64,000 bases of DNA from positions 233,866,001-233,930,000 of the forward strand of contig NC_058368.1 of NCBI RefSeq assembly GCF_018350175.1. Reading direction: 5' to 3'. The stretch comes from Felis catus (taxonomy: Eukaryota). Positions 48,858 through 60,865 of this stretch are shown in pieces (position 1 is the first letter of the stretch; each line of letters starts with the position of its first letter). Made by a program: the position numbers and the translations under genes. Below the pieces are notes generated by a model that ran no database searches, had not been told where the DNA came from, and saw only the letters and a program-made list of their open reading frames with translations.

Positions 48858-49335
48858 CTTCTTATTAAGAGTTTTAAACATTTTATAAAGATAGTGACAC
48901 ATACTGAATTTGCTTAGTTATTGAAATAGTGGTTTAGCCGCTGAATTTTTTCCAAAATTTTATTTTCAAGGAGTGTATCTTGTAGTAAAACCCAGGAACG
49001 ACAAACTTTTGATCTTTTGTTCCTGGGACACGGTTTGAACACGACGTATTTTTTGAAAGTGATGGTAGCATCTGGGAGATCACAGGGTTTGAATTGTCTC
49101 AAAAACCTCCCTGCAGATTTGTAACCTGACAACGGCATCCGCACTCCGTGGAAACCTGTCCAACAAGGCAGCTGGGCTGCAGAAAGTGTGAAAACACGTT
49201 GTGTGCCATCAAAAACGACACTGGGCCACTGTACCTTAATAATAATGAAAATGTCAAATGGAATACGTCTTAAGTTTCGCAGAAACAAAAAGTCAATAAG
49301 CATTTTGGTAGGTGTTTATAAAATACACCTGCTTT

Positions 49336-49565
49336 GGGGTGCCTGGGTGGTGCAGTCGGTTGGGCGTCTGACTTCAGCCAGGTCACGATCTCGCGGTCCG
49401 TGAGTTCGAGCCCCGAGTCAGGGTCTGGGCTGATGGCTCGGAGCCTGGAGCCTGTTTCCGATTCTGTGTCTCCTTCTCTCTCTGCCCCTCCCCTGTTCAT
49501 GCTCTGTCTCTCTCTGTCCCAAAAATAAATAAACGTTGAAAAAAAAATTAAAAAAAATAAAAAAA
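49336..49565 (+). mobile_element. Young Can-SINE (SINEC_Fc-like)
   Basis: Perfect TSD ataaaatacacctgcttt at 49318-49335 and 49566-49583. Long patterned A tail. Confidence 0.98.
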
Positions 49566-49653
49566 ATAAAATACACCTGCTTTGAACATGTTTGGGAAAT
49601 TTCAAGGAAAGTTAAAGTCTTATCCTTCGAAAACACTTGTAGAAATTTTCAGT

Positions 49654-50085
49654 GTTACAGTGGTTTGCACAGCATCTTCCCCAAGATTCATTCCTAGCCG
49701 GGACCTCAGGATGTGATCTTATTTGGACATGAGGTCTTTGAAGAGGTAATTCGTGAAATTAAGGTGAGGTTCTGCCGCACTGGTTGGGGTCCCAAATCTG
49801 ACGGCTGGTGTCCTTCTAAAAAGATGGGGAAGACAATAGATAGACACAGGGAAGGTCGGTGGAGGCGGAGGCAGGGGTGGGTTGGAGGGACACAGCCACA
49901 GGTCGGGTGAGGCCAGAAGCTCAAAGAGCAAGGAGGGATTCTTCCCTGGGGTCTTCAGGGAGAGCATGGCTCTGTGAACACCTTGCCTTTGGACTTACAG
50001 CGTCAACACCGAGAGAGAATCAGTTTGTGTTGTTCCGAGCCACCAGGATGGTGGCAATTTGTTACAGCAGCCCCAGCAGCCGATC
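49654..50085 (+). mobile_element. MLT1C-like MaLR solo LTR
   Basis: acctcaggatgtgatcttatttgga...ggtctttg...gagagcatggctctg...tggcaatttgttacagcagccc. Confidence 0.85.
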
Positions 50086-50179
50086 TGGACACGGGAATAG
50101 AAACTGGGGAAGGGAGGTTACCGGCACCCGAGTCCTCCCGCGACCGTGCGCTTTGCGTATGTTATCCCATTGAGTTCTT

Positions 50180-50330
50180 ACGGTTCCCTAGGAGGTCACT
50201 ATTATTACGTCCATCTCACAAAATGAGTAACTGAGTCCCAGAGAAGCTGAGAGATTTGTTCATGATCATACAGCTGGGCAGCGGTGGATGAGGTTGGAAA
50301 CCAGACCAAGTAAAAGCTCCCGTTTTTCCT
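50180..50330 (-). mobile_element. MIR SINE
   Basis: attattacgtccatctcacaaaatgagtaactgagtcccagagaagctgagagatttg. Confidence 0.75.
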
Positions 50331-50984
50331 ACTATTGCCACGAAGGGGAGCAGAGGCCCCAGTCCAATACCTAAAGCCAGGGAGAGTGGAGGGAGGCGAT
50401 TCAGCTTTCCCAGGAGGGACGAACAGGCAGTCACTCGAGGGAGGAGGTGGTGGTTGATTGACACAGCGGTCATTCATGCCGGGCTGGAGCCCCGGGCTCT
50501 AAAGCTCGTTGCTTTAGACATAAGAGTCGCAGGGGACCCTGGAGGCAGCCGGAGTCCCAAACGCGATCTCTGGGGGGTGGTCAGTCTGTGCGAGGTGGGT
50601 GCACGTAGAAAATGGAACCGTATGCTGACATGTTGACAGCGGCCGAGGAGCTCTGTTTAGAAAATGCTCCTGTTTAGATCTGCACCGCGCTTCCCGGGAT
50701 CACCGCTCTGGTGACCCGGCTCTGGAAGTGCACGGGCTGAACACAATTTCCTTCCAGCTTCGCAGTGTGATACGGAGGGCGAGTGACACAGACCCAAACC
50801 CCTCGTTTACTACCACCGTCCCTGTCGGGCAGAAAAATTCGAGGGGCGCCTCTGCACCCTCCGAGTTCAAATGGGCCAGGTCTGTGACTCCATCGTGCGT
50901 TTCCTGGGTTTCCTGGAAACTGACGCCTGTGTGTCACAATCATATGTGCATGGTCCTGGGCTGCCCCTTTCAATGCATGGCTCG

Positions 50985-51231
50985 CTTTTTTTCTTTTAAT
51001 TTTTTTTAATCTTTATTTATTTTTGAGAGAGAGAGAGAAAGAGAGAGAGACAGAGAGACAGAGTGCAAGCACAGGAGGGACAGAGAGAGAGGGCGACACA
51101 GAATCCAAAGCGGGCTCCGGGCTCCGGGCTCCGAGCTGTCGGCACAGAGCCCGACACGGGGCTCAAACTCACAAGCCATGAGATCACAACCAAAGCCGGA
51201 GGCCCAACTGACTGAGCCACCCAGGCGCTCC
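50985..51231 (-). mobile_element. Can-SINE
   Basis: Degenerate TSD tgca(t/c)ggctc. Internal (gggctcc)3. Confidence 0.95.
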
Positions 51232-51418
51232 AGTGCACGGCTCATTTTATACCACAGACAGCCACTCAAAACTTTGCCAGGGAAATGCGTATCTAAATAT
51301 GGAACAAATTTCCCTCCCACGTGATTGCCTAACGCAATCAGAGTACTAGAAAACTAGGATGAAATATGATTATCCTTCCAAATGGTAAATCTTGGGCCCA
51401 TTATCGCAAAGGAAAGTG

Positions 51419-51635
51419 GGGGGCACCTGGGTGGTTCAGTCGGTTAAGCGTCTGACTTGGCTCAGGTCGTGATCTCGTGATGGGTGAGTTTGAGCCCCAG
51501 GTCGGGCTCTGCGCTGACAGCTCGGAGCCTGGAGCCTTCGGATTCTGTGTCTCCCTCTCTCTCTCTGCCCCTCCCCACTCGTGCTCCGTCTCTCAAAAAT
51601 AAACAAACATTAAATTAAAAAAACAAAAAACTAAA
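51419..51635 (+). mobile_element. Can-SINE
   Basis: Full body. TSD aaaggaaag. Confidence 0.96.
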
Positions 51636-52839
51636 GAAAAGGAAAGGGGAATTTTAAGGTCTTGATTGCGTTTAGTAAGTGGTAGCCGACCTGCCGAGAT
51701 AAGTCATTCCTCCAGCTCCACAGATCGGGTGGCCCCGGGGCTGCCTTTTTTCCCCAGTCCCTTGCATCTGTGTTTCATTTCTTGTGATTTCCGAACACCA
51801 TGGTCAAGGTTCTGAATCTCTGCAGTGTCTGGAATTGAGCAGTGTTAATTAACCGTGCCCACTCAAACTTACTGAAAACATCAGCTGTAGCTGAGCAGAG
51901 ACAATGGTGACCGGGGCGAATGTCCTGCGGATGGACCTATGCCCTGTCACCAGAGGCCAAGTCACATTCTCTTGTCATAACTATAACTTCTATTAAAAAT
52001 GGAAACTTTGTACTTGATTTCCAGACGATTTCCCTGTAAAATTCAGTAAAGCCTGAGTGCTGATTTTGGAAAGTGGATGTATTCACGACTTCTAAAATCA
52101 ATGAAAGCCAACTATGGTTCCCAGCGAGGGGGTGGGGGGGTGGGGGGGACAAAACTTGTCTTGAATGTTCTGGAGGAAAGGGTTAGTAAAACATCCTTTG
52201 AAAAGGTGCTGACTTCCCCAGCTTCCCTCTGCTGGGGGAGCAGTTCTGAAATTTCAGCCACTTCACTCACCACTTGTTAAATGTGCCCCCCACCCCAACC
52301 CAAGTGGCTGATAATGGCCTTAATTATAGTACACTTCGGCTCCAAAGTGGGGAGAGAAGACAGAACCACAGCTTGGTTCCAGCTTACTGGTCAAAGCCAA
52401 TTTCAAGTGATTTATTTTCCCTCAGAAATGGCAGTTCCATGCAGAGAGTGAAGATCAAATAACTTAGTGTTTGTCAGGAAAAGGACACTTAGTCCCAGAA
52501 ATCCCATCTGGAACAGGAAGCCGGGCAGGCTCCCGGGAGGTCTGTCAGCCACGGTCAGACCCCCACCCCCCCACCCCAGATCTGAGGCCCAGGGAGCAAA
52601 GAGCCAACGAGGTGGGCAGGACCCCGGCTTACAGGAACAGGGCTCCTTAATAAGTAACTCGGATCTAAAAATAGGGCTGGGGAGAGGGACCTGGTTTTGG
52701 CCGTTTTGTTTTTCATTCCCCCTTTTCCCTCCCTGCTGTCTTTCAGGCATTTACTCCTATAAATTTCGCTGTTTTGCCCTAAAAAGTATGCTTCCTCTGT
52801 TCTCTGATGAGGAAAAACTTGGGGGAGTGGGGCTCTGAG

Positions 52840-53350
52840 CCGTCCTGTCCTCCCAGGGTCGAGGATCCGAGGATCCGAGGATCCGTGGTCCTGGTGAGGC
52901 TGCATCTGCGTCTGGGGAGGGAGGGGTGCGCAAGAACCCCTCCCTCCCCTCCCCCCCCCCCCCCCCCCGGGGCCGCTGCAGAGGGATCAAGTCCGACCCT
53001 TGTCCTGGGCTGGCCCCTGTGTCTCCATCAGCTAGGCAGAGGGATGCAGGGCCTGGGACGAGGCCCCGAGACGACTCCCAGGGGTGGGCTGGCGGTGTGC
53101 GCAGCGTCGGAGAGCTGGGCGCGGAGGGCGGTGAGCGGCTCTGGGGCCAAGACCCACTCTTCACGCTGGATTCTGATCCAGAGAGACCTGAGCCGAAATC
53201 CCTGTGTGGCCTGGGGGAACGGTACCGCTTGAAGCTGCCGATTCCCGTCTACCTGGGAACACGGATGCTTCCTGATGCCCCAGGCTGTCGTGAAGACCAG
53301 TGACACGTGCTGCGTGGGCAGGGGCTGCGGGACAAAGACATGCGTTTCCC
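52840..53350. promoter_or_regulatory. CpG-island-like GC-rich segment
   Basis: Appears by eye to be among the most CpG-dense non-repeat stretches in the window. Includes (cgaggatc)3 at about 52860-52885 and a poly-C run at about 52940-52969. Confidence 0.55.
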
Positions 53351-53388
53351 CTTTGCGTTTTGGGTCAGGTTTCTGGGCAGAACCTTAC

Positions 53389-53500
53389 CTGAAAGTCAGA
53401 CCCAGCTACTGACGAGATAAAAGGAGAGATTGGAATTCTCAGCTTTCGTCCACAAAACGTATGCCAGTGGCGAGAATTTCAGGTTAGCAGAGGACACTGA
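53389..53500 (-). other. Candidate non-coding first exon
   Basis: Minus-strand donor CAG|gtaagg at 53389/53388, between the GC-box VNTR (upstream) and the CpG-rich segment (downstream). No ATG. Start position unknown. Confidence 0.4.
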
Positions 53501-53501
53501 G

Positions 53502-53788
53502 GACCGGAGGCCCTCCCCCTCAAGACCAGAGACCCGCCCCCTCAAGACCAGAGGCCCTCCCCCTCAAGACCAGAGGCCCTCCCCCTCAAGACCAGAGACC
53601 CGCCCCCTCAAGCCCAGAGACCCGCCCCCTCAAGACCAGAGGCCCTCCCCCTCAAGACCAGAGACCCGCCCCCTCAAGACCAGAGGCCCGCCCCCTCAAG
53701 ATCAGAGGCCCTCCCCCTCAAGACCAGAGACCCGCCCCCTCAAGACCAGAGGCCCGCCCCCTCAAGACCAGAGGCCCTCCTCCCCTCA
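53502..53788. repeat. 22-bp minisatellite, 13 units
   Basis: Units gaccagag(g/a)ccc(t/g)ccccctcaa starting at 53502, 53524, 53546 ... 53766. Seven units contain ccgccc. Confidence 0.98.
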
Positions 53789-54245
53789 TTAGATCGCATG
53801 ACGTTTCCATTTATTTTCCTAAGTGGTTATTCAACCCAATAATCACCAACATTGAAATGACTATAACCACACCCCACCCAGGGTCACAGGTGCCTCTCCC
53901 GTGGTTATGTCTGTATCCCAAATTGGAGCTTTGAGCTCCATGGGGACAGTGGCCGCAGGGACTTCTGTACCTATTATAGGGGTTGAATCCTAAATGCTTT
54001 TGTTTAATTAAAGCCAAGGGGCCAGGAATATTGAAACATGAGTTTCTTCTGAGCAAACTGCCTGATGGTGATACCTGCTTAGAACTCCCCTCCCCAGCTC
54101 TCTCTGTCAAAGTAAATAAGTAAACTTAAAAAGAACATAAACCTTGATTGCTGTCTGTGACGGCATGGCATCTAAGGTACCAGAAAACAAAACTATCTAC
54201 AGCAACAATATGTTATAAAAGCTGCTTAATCATAACCAGTGCTTT

Positions 54246-54470
54246 AAAAAAAATTTTTTTTAATGTTTTGATTTATTTTTGAGACAGAGAGAGACAGAGC
54301 ATGAGCGGGGGGGGGGGGGGGGGGCAGAGAGAGAGGGAGACACAGAATCCGAGGCAGGCTCCAGGATCTGAGCAGTCAGCACAGAGCCCCACGCGGGGCT
54401 CGAACTCACGGTCCTCGAGATCATGACCTGAGCTGAAGTCGATTAACTGAGGGAGCCATCCAGGTGCCCC
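54246..54470 (-). mobile_element. Can-SINE with a long poly-G run
   Basis: TSD ataacc(a/g)gtgcttt. Confidence 0.96.
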
Positions 54471-54724
54471 ATAACCGGTGCTTTTAAAGAACAAATAATA
54501 AGCAGTGACTCTTTTTTGAGTCCTCTCCATCTTCCTCTCCATGAATTCCCAGCCGTGGACTTCCAGTTCCTTGGCAGCTGCCAGCACCCTCCTAAGCCTC
54601 TCCCCCATGGCCACGCCATCCCCTGTCCCTTCCCCTTGAGAGCCTGTCCTCACATCACTGCATATGCTCTCCATAAAGCCTTCCGGTCTCAGACAGTGAC
54701 CTCTGTGCTCCCTCTCTCTTGGGT

Positions 54725-54917
54725 GAGGGTCTTCAGATCAAATAGAGGATTCCCAGTTAAATTTGAATGTTAGACACGCAACTTCAGATACCTGTTAAAA
54801 ACAAATGTGTCCGTACAACATTTGGGGGAGCAATCATACTAAACTATCATGCATTTTATTCTGAAATTCAAATTAACTTGCATCTTGTATTCTCACATGC
54901 TAAACCTGGCAACCCTC
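54725..54917. mobile_element. MER53-like palindromic hAT element
   Basis: Inverted arms cccagttaaatttgaat ... attcaaattaacttg and terminal ctggcaaccct. Confidence 0.8.
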
Positions 54918-55642
54918 CATTGGACCCAATTCTAACAGGCTCTGACAGCACTGGGGTCCTCCGGCTTTGGTTTGACCTTTTTGGGGGTCCGCATTTCTGC
55001 GTCCTCCTCCCAGGACTTGGATCCCATGGGACCTCCTTGTCATTCCTCCCATGTTTGCCTGCCAGGGCCGCAACACTGGTTAAATCCAATTCTCCATGTA
55101 CGTTGTGTCTGCGCCTGAAGACCTGGTTGTGGATTCAGAGAAACTACTCTTGCTTTTTAACTTATGACCATAAATTGTAAATAGAGCCTTAGTGCTGCCC
55201 AGAAGTCACACTGTATTTCCTTTGCAAATTGTTTTCACACTCCCAGAGACATTGGCTCAGACCTCGATGCCAACTTCTCTGCTTCCTCTCAGCTGATGGC
55301 CGTTTCTTATCTCATTGAGAAAACAGAATAAAAGGAGAGATCTCCATCTCCCATCACCAAATAAGCCGAACTCCCTGCAGGGAGTCTGTGTTCTTCTTTC
55401 CCCCCTGCTTCTGCGTAGGGCCACCCTCTACTCGCACCCTGGACCCCTCTGCCTCTGCTGACTTTACAACGCTGGCTTTGCTGTTACTTGTTTTTCTCCC
55501 TCTCCCTCCACTTTGTCAAGGGTTTCCCCCTTTAACAGATCACTGTATCTGATTATACTCAGAAGCACAGAAAAAGAGAAATATGTGTAGTTAAATCCAA
55601 TACAATTTTGGATTTTAAATCATTTAATGCAGGTTGATTCAA

Positions 55643-55682
55643 GCGCGCGCACGCGTGCGTGCCTGTGTGTGTGTGTGTGTGC
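55643..55682. repeat. Alternating purine-pyrimidine tract (GC/GT)
   Basis: gcgcgcgcacgcgtgcgtgcctgtgtgtgtgtgtgtgtgc. Confidence 0.9.
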
Positions 55683-56086
55683 AGCTACCGTAGGAATAGA
55701 GCACACACCTCACGCTGGCTTATGGTATATCATCCCACGTCCACGTCCATCATGGGGCTTCTCTGGAGGGCCAGGGGGTTAAGAGGGTGGACGAGGCCAG
55801 AAAGAAAAAGACCAAACTAGCTGGTCTATGTTCTGAGAAAGGAAGCCCAGGTTCGATCTTTATGAACCCAGAATTGTAAAACTAAGCACCAACTTACATC
55901 AGCCTCTTAAGGATAGTAAAACATGGCCAAAATGTGCACATAAAGGAGATCTAAAGAACGCCAGAGGTGATCAGGTGGTGCCTCAAAAGAAACATAATTT
56001 CAGACTCCAACTATTGTCCAGACAATAAATGTCTGTGACATTTAAAACAATGTATAGGAATATTAGGATGAAACTTTATAGGAAGG

Positions 56087-56093
56087 ATTTATT

Positions 56094-56125
<32 letters not shown>

Positions 56126-56285
56126 CAGGGGAGGGGCAGAGAGAGAGGGAGACAAGACACAGAATCCGAAGCAGGCTCCAGGCTCTGAGGTGTCAGCACA
56201 GAGCCCGATGCGCGGCTTGAACCCACGAACCGTAAGACCTGAGCTCAAGTCGGATGCTTAACTGCCTGAGCCACCCAGGCGTCCT
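56087..56285 (-). mobile_element. Can-SINE
   Basis: (GA)n tract, gacacagaatccgaagcaggctccagg, ctgagccacccaggcgtcc. Confidence 0.95.
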
Positions 56286-57279
56286 TATGAGAAGATTCTA
56301 AAGGGTGGTACTTTTTGGCATTGTATAAAAAGAAATCATTTTAAAATTTCTGGAATGATTTTGTGACACTGAATCTCTCTACTGAATCTCAAGAGAGCAA
56401 ACTTTCCTCTTGTGTTGATGCCAGGTTTTTAGATGCACAAAATTGCATCTAAATTTGCAAAATAAATTTGTTTTGCCAAATTTATTACAAATCATTGCAC
56501 TGGCTATTAAAATTTGCATAATGTTTCCAAGTGTGCTTGGGGACATCACAGACGTGTGCGTGTGTGTGTGTATCTCATAGCCCACTGTCACAGCTATCTG
56601 AGTTATGTGGGGTGGGGGCTGCCTTTAGTCAACCAGCTCATCAATTTAGTGTTTTGATAGTCGTAAGAATTACCACCACTTAAATTCCACATAAGACAGA
56701 GCAGCAAGATTGATAAAATATTATCAACCCTAGCGGGAGGTGGAAACTAGCCAACAGTTTATGCTAAGCAAGCAGGAAGTGGCAAATACAGTGTTCTGGG
56801 TGACGAGCAAATGTGGGTTGTGTTATAGTCTCAGACATGAAGGATTCTGATCCTTCAAAGCCTCGGGCTGACCTGCCAGACATCTGATCATCTTACATCA
56901 GACTTTAAAATGGGCCAGACGACAGACACTCAGCTAATGATGGAATGCTAGGAGAAGTTGTGTTTGTCTTTCACAAAAATCGAGAACAGTTAAATTCCAA
57001 AACTCTGCATGCAGAGAATCCTCCAGGATTTGGGGGTGGGACGCACGCGATCTGTGTAAGGCAGGTCAGTTGGGTCTTGGGATTGTGATGTTGGAACCTG
57101 AACAAAATCTTGGAGCCACTTTTGGCTAACTGTGTGGCCCCTTCGTTTGGAGCTGGAAGGACGTGTTCACCTCTGCGCTGTGAGGTCTCCCAAGGACCAT
57201 ATCTTGCCCCTAGCTTGTGCTCTCTGAAGAGGTGTCCTGCTCTTATCAGGAAAGTAAGCAATGTTGTTCTGGGAAGGAA

Positions 57280-57490
57280 AGCAACTCTCAGACAGCTTCA
57301 CTCATTACAGGCTGTGTGACCTCTGGCAAGTCACATCTGTGAGCCTTCAAGTCCCCACCTTAAAACAGGAACAATTACGTGCCTGCCACACGCCATGTTC
57401 ATGAGGATCAAATAACAGCACGCTTGGAAAGCGCTTGGCCCAGAACCTGGGGCATGGCACATTTTCGATAGGTGTTCACCTTCTCCTTAT
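57280..57490 (+). mobile_element. MIR SINE
   Basis: gctgtgtgacctctggcaagtcac...atgaggatcaaat...gaaagcgcttggcccagaacctgg. Confidence 0.75.
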
Positions 57491-58099
57491 TAGTTACTAT
57501 TGTTGTCATCATATTGTCACTGCAGCGTCTCTTCCCTTTTTGTCCAACTCCGTCAGCAACCCTTTGCTGAAAGCCAGCTCTGTATCATTTAGCAGGTTAG
57601 CGTTTGTTTTGTTAGCACGTGCGACACCTGTCTACTTCTTCCTTGAGTTCTAGCATTTAATTCATGGAGCCCCACGAACCCTCAGGTTAGGCAGGGAGTC
57701 CTAAGCTCACTGCCACAGTCTCTTAACATTTAGTTCAGCTTTATCCTTAGCAGCACTCATCTCTGAAGATCCCAAATCTGAAAGGCGATCGTCAGCGCTT
57801 AAACATCGTGAAGCGCCTAACGCTGAGAACAGTGGAACGTTCAAAGAGTTCTCTGCCTCAGTAACCAGCCACTGAAGTTCAATAGCATTAAAGGCATGCA
57901 GCAAGCAATGGGAAAAGAAAGTTCTTAAAAGTCTGAGGGCACGTTTGGATTGATAAGAGCTGGGAAGAGTTACCACGTCGATTGCCGGGCATGTCTTGCT
58001 GTCTTCACGTATCTGAAAGGAAAGGGATGGTGTCTGTCTGCACCCCTTGCTCAGGCTCTACCTGAAACGTGTCTCCACCAATGGGAGCTACAATGGTCC

Positions 58100-58640
58100 C
58101 TGGTACAGTACATGTCTCTCATTATGTTCTGTATGCCTTTCTGGAAGAGTCCACGTAACCCCCTCAGTATAGGAGAGCACGGGCACTGGGGATATCCGAG
58201 ATGCCCATCTCATGCTCAGTTCCATCCTTGTGTCTCACTGATGGAAAAGCCACGAGAAAAACATCAAATACCAACTGAGGAACATTCTACAAAATACTGG
58301 ACCAGGACAGTCATGGTCATCAAGTCAAGGGAAGTCTAAGAAACGGTCATGACGGAGAGGAGCCTAAGCAGACACGACGACACACGTAATGTGGGATCCC
58401 AGAAGGCATCCCAGACGGAAAAGGCACATCAGGTGAAAACTAAGGAAATATGAATAAATGCGAATAAAGTATGGACTTCAGTTAATGAGAACGTATCAAT
58501 ATTCATTGTGACGCGTGTACCTCACTAAGGTAAGATGTTAATACTAGAGGAAATGCCGTGTAGGGTATATGAGAATTCTCCTCTGTACCCTCATAATTCT
58601 GTTGTAAATCTAAAACTCTTTTGAAGTAAAAAGTTTATTT
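58100..58640 (+). mobile_element. L1MC/MD-type 3' end
   Basis: gagaaaacatcaaataccaactgaggaacattctacaaaatac...aagatgttaatactagagg...tgtaaatctaaaactctt. Confidence 0.85.
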
Positions 58641-58644
58641 AAAA

Positions 58645-58856
58645 ATTTATTTTAACTTTTATTTATTTTTGAGAGACAGAGAGAGACCATGAGAGGGGGA
58701 GGAATAGAGAGAGAGGGAGACACAGAATCCAAAGCAGGCTTCAGGCTCCGAGCTGTCAGCACAGAGCCCAACACGGGGCTCGAACTCACAAACCACGAGA
58801 TCATGACCTGGGCCGAAGTTTGAATGCTTAACCGGCCTGAGCCACCCAGGCACCCC
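58645..58856 (-). mobile_element. Can-SINE
   Basis: TSD aaagtttattt. Full body. Confidence 0.96.
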
Positions 58857-60149
58857 TAAAGTTTATTTTTAAAAAGGCTATGTGATTAAATATAACCAAG
58901 TGGATTCGCTAGTGAAGTTAAAGAAAAACATGTTCACAAACATTTACGATCTCAAGCACGCACTAAGGCTTAATGTGCAGGATTCCCACAGGTTCTGATG
59001 GTACACTTGGTCTGGGATATTCCTGGAAAGAGTGAGCTTGTTTTCATGGTCGTGTATCTCTCTGAATCTTTTTGTGTTTGGTTGTCAGGCTATAGTAATA
59101 ATAACTACTTCACAGGTTGTCTATGAATATTGAATTCAACATTTGTGAACCCCACACGGTGTCTCACACACAGTAAATCTGTAGTATAAACTCCTGTCTT
59201 ATTCCCGTTAACTTTCTTGTCAATACAGCGTTAGTCATGCTCTATTTTTCCCTTTAAGTACTCGATCAACTGTTAAAATAATTTGTGCCATGCAAGCATG
59301 GTTGGCCCATAAGACAGAAATTCTGTCATGTTCCATTTTTAACCATCTGTGAATTGTGAGTACACAAAGCCAGAAGCTCTAAAAATAAAATCAAATCAAG
59401 ATGTAAAAGACATGATTTAGAGGTGGTGTTGCCTTTGTTCCACGTTTCGGATGAAAAAAAGGTCAGGTAGAACTTGAAGGAACTGTTTAAGAAAGGAAGA
59501 TACTCTCCAGAAATGAGTTAGTCTACCTGCACTGACCACTAGGAGGAAAAATAAGTACAGAACGGAGAGAAACAAACCTATTCTTATCACCCATGGCTCT
59601 CTCTCGAGGAGCATGGATGGTTCAAATGGAGGTTCACACACTCGCTCAAGCAACTGACTTTTAAGAACCCGCCGGATGTGACTTTCCATACTTGATGCTG
59701 GACATGGAGAGAAAGGGTAGTCTCGGCGACGAGATTGCTCGCACACTGGCTGAATAGATTCCACGGGTTAATGCTTGACAGTTAGCCAGGGTTCGGGGTC
59801 AAGAGAATGTTGCAGACTTTGCTATTCTGCTGAGTTCTGAAGGCTGTCCACGTACAAATGAGCATATGAATGCAGCTGCAAGCTAGAGGCCCACGCTTCA
59901 GATGGCCCCAGCTGCACACTGCCGTAAGACGGAAGTGTAGGATGTACAAGGAAGGTAAATGACGCCAAAGAGCCAGGCAGTGGCCCGGTCCTCTGCTCAG
60001 ACTTGCTCAGCTCGGGACTTCAGAGGTGGGTGATCTCTCCAGGCTTCCACCGGAGACAGAAGTCTGTGACGGCAGCCTGGAGAATAACCTGAAGCGGGCT
60101 GAGATCGGAAGCAGAGTTGAGGCGAAAAGTGTTCCGGAATTAAATAAGG

Positions 60150-60480
60150 AAGTCGCTGAAAGAATGGAAAATGAGCCAGGCGAATTGGCATTGATGAGCT
60201 GGTGACCAAGGGAATGTGGAGCAGAGAGTCTTGAAAAACTCCCATGTTTCTGACTCAGGTCACTGAGACTATTATAGCGGATTCATTGCATGAGGAAAAG
60301 AGGAGGAGGGGCCAGTGTGGAGGGGAGCATGGAGAGGATGGGGAGGATGAAGGTGATGGCTTCAAATTGGGAAAATGCTGAGCTTGAAAAACCTACAGTC
60401 TGTCCAAGATACAATGGAACATATCAAGAAGAGAGTGGTCGTTCTCAACGAAAGGTGGTGACGGCAACCAACCCCATTGG
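60150..60480 (-). mobile_element. L2 relic
   Basis: Purine-rich gagagtcttgaaaaactcccatgtttctgactcagg resembles antisense L2. Confidence 0.5.
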
Positions 60481-60637
60481 GATCGGAGGAAACATATCAA
60501 GATTGGCACTAATCGTGAAAACTGTATTTTTTGCGGAATTTTTTCTTAAATAAAATGAAATTAATTTCAATTACAATATTGGCCTTAAGAATTATCATAA
60601 AGTAGATAGAGTAAGCATTGTTTAACAAAAGGGTGAC

Positions 60638-60800
60638 GGGGGCGCCTGGGTGGCTCAGTTGGTTGAGCGTCTGATTCTTGATGTTGGCTCAGGTCATGAT
60701 CTCATGGTTTGTGGGTTCGAGCCCCGCGTCAGGCTCGGCACTGACAGCACGGATTCTCTCTCTTCCTCTGTCTCTCTGCCCTTCCCCTGCTCATGCTCAT

Positions 60801-60845
<45 letters not shown>

Positions 60846-60865
60846 ATAAATAAATCAACTTTAAA
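60638..60865 (+). mobile_element. Can-SINE
   Basis: TSD aaaagggtga at 60627-60636 and 60866-60875. Long (CT)n. Confidence 0.96.

Noticed and set aside
53502..53788. CRISPR-like array or repeat protein (ORF 53430-53792)
   Set aside because: Units are contiguous with no unique spacers, the context is mammalian and there are no cas genes. The peptide repeat is simply the translation of a stop-free 22-bp minisatellite.
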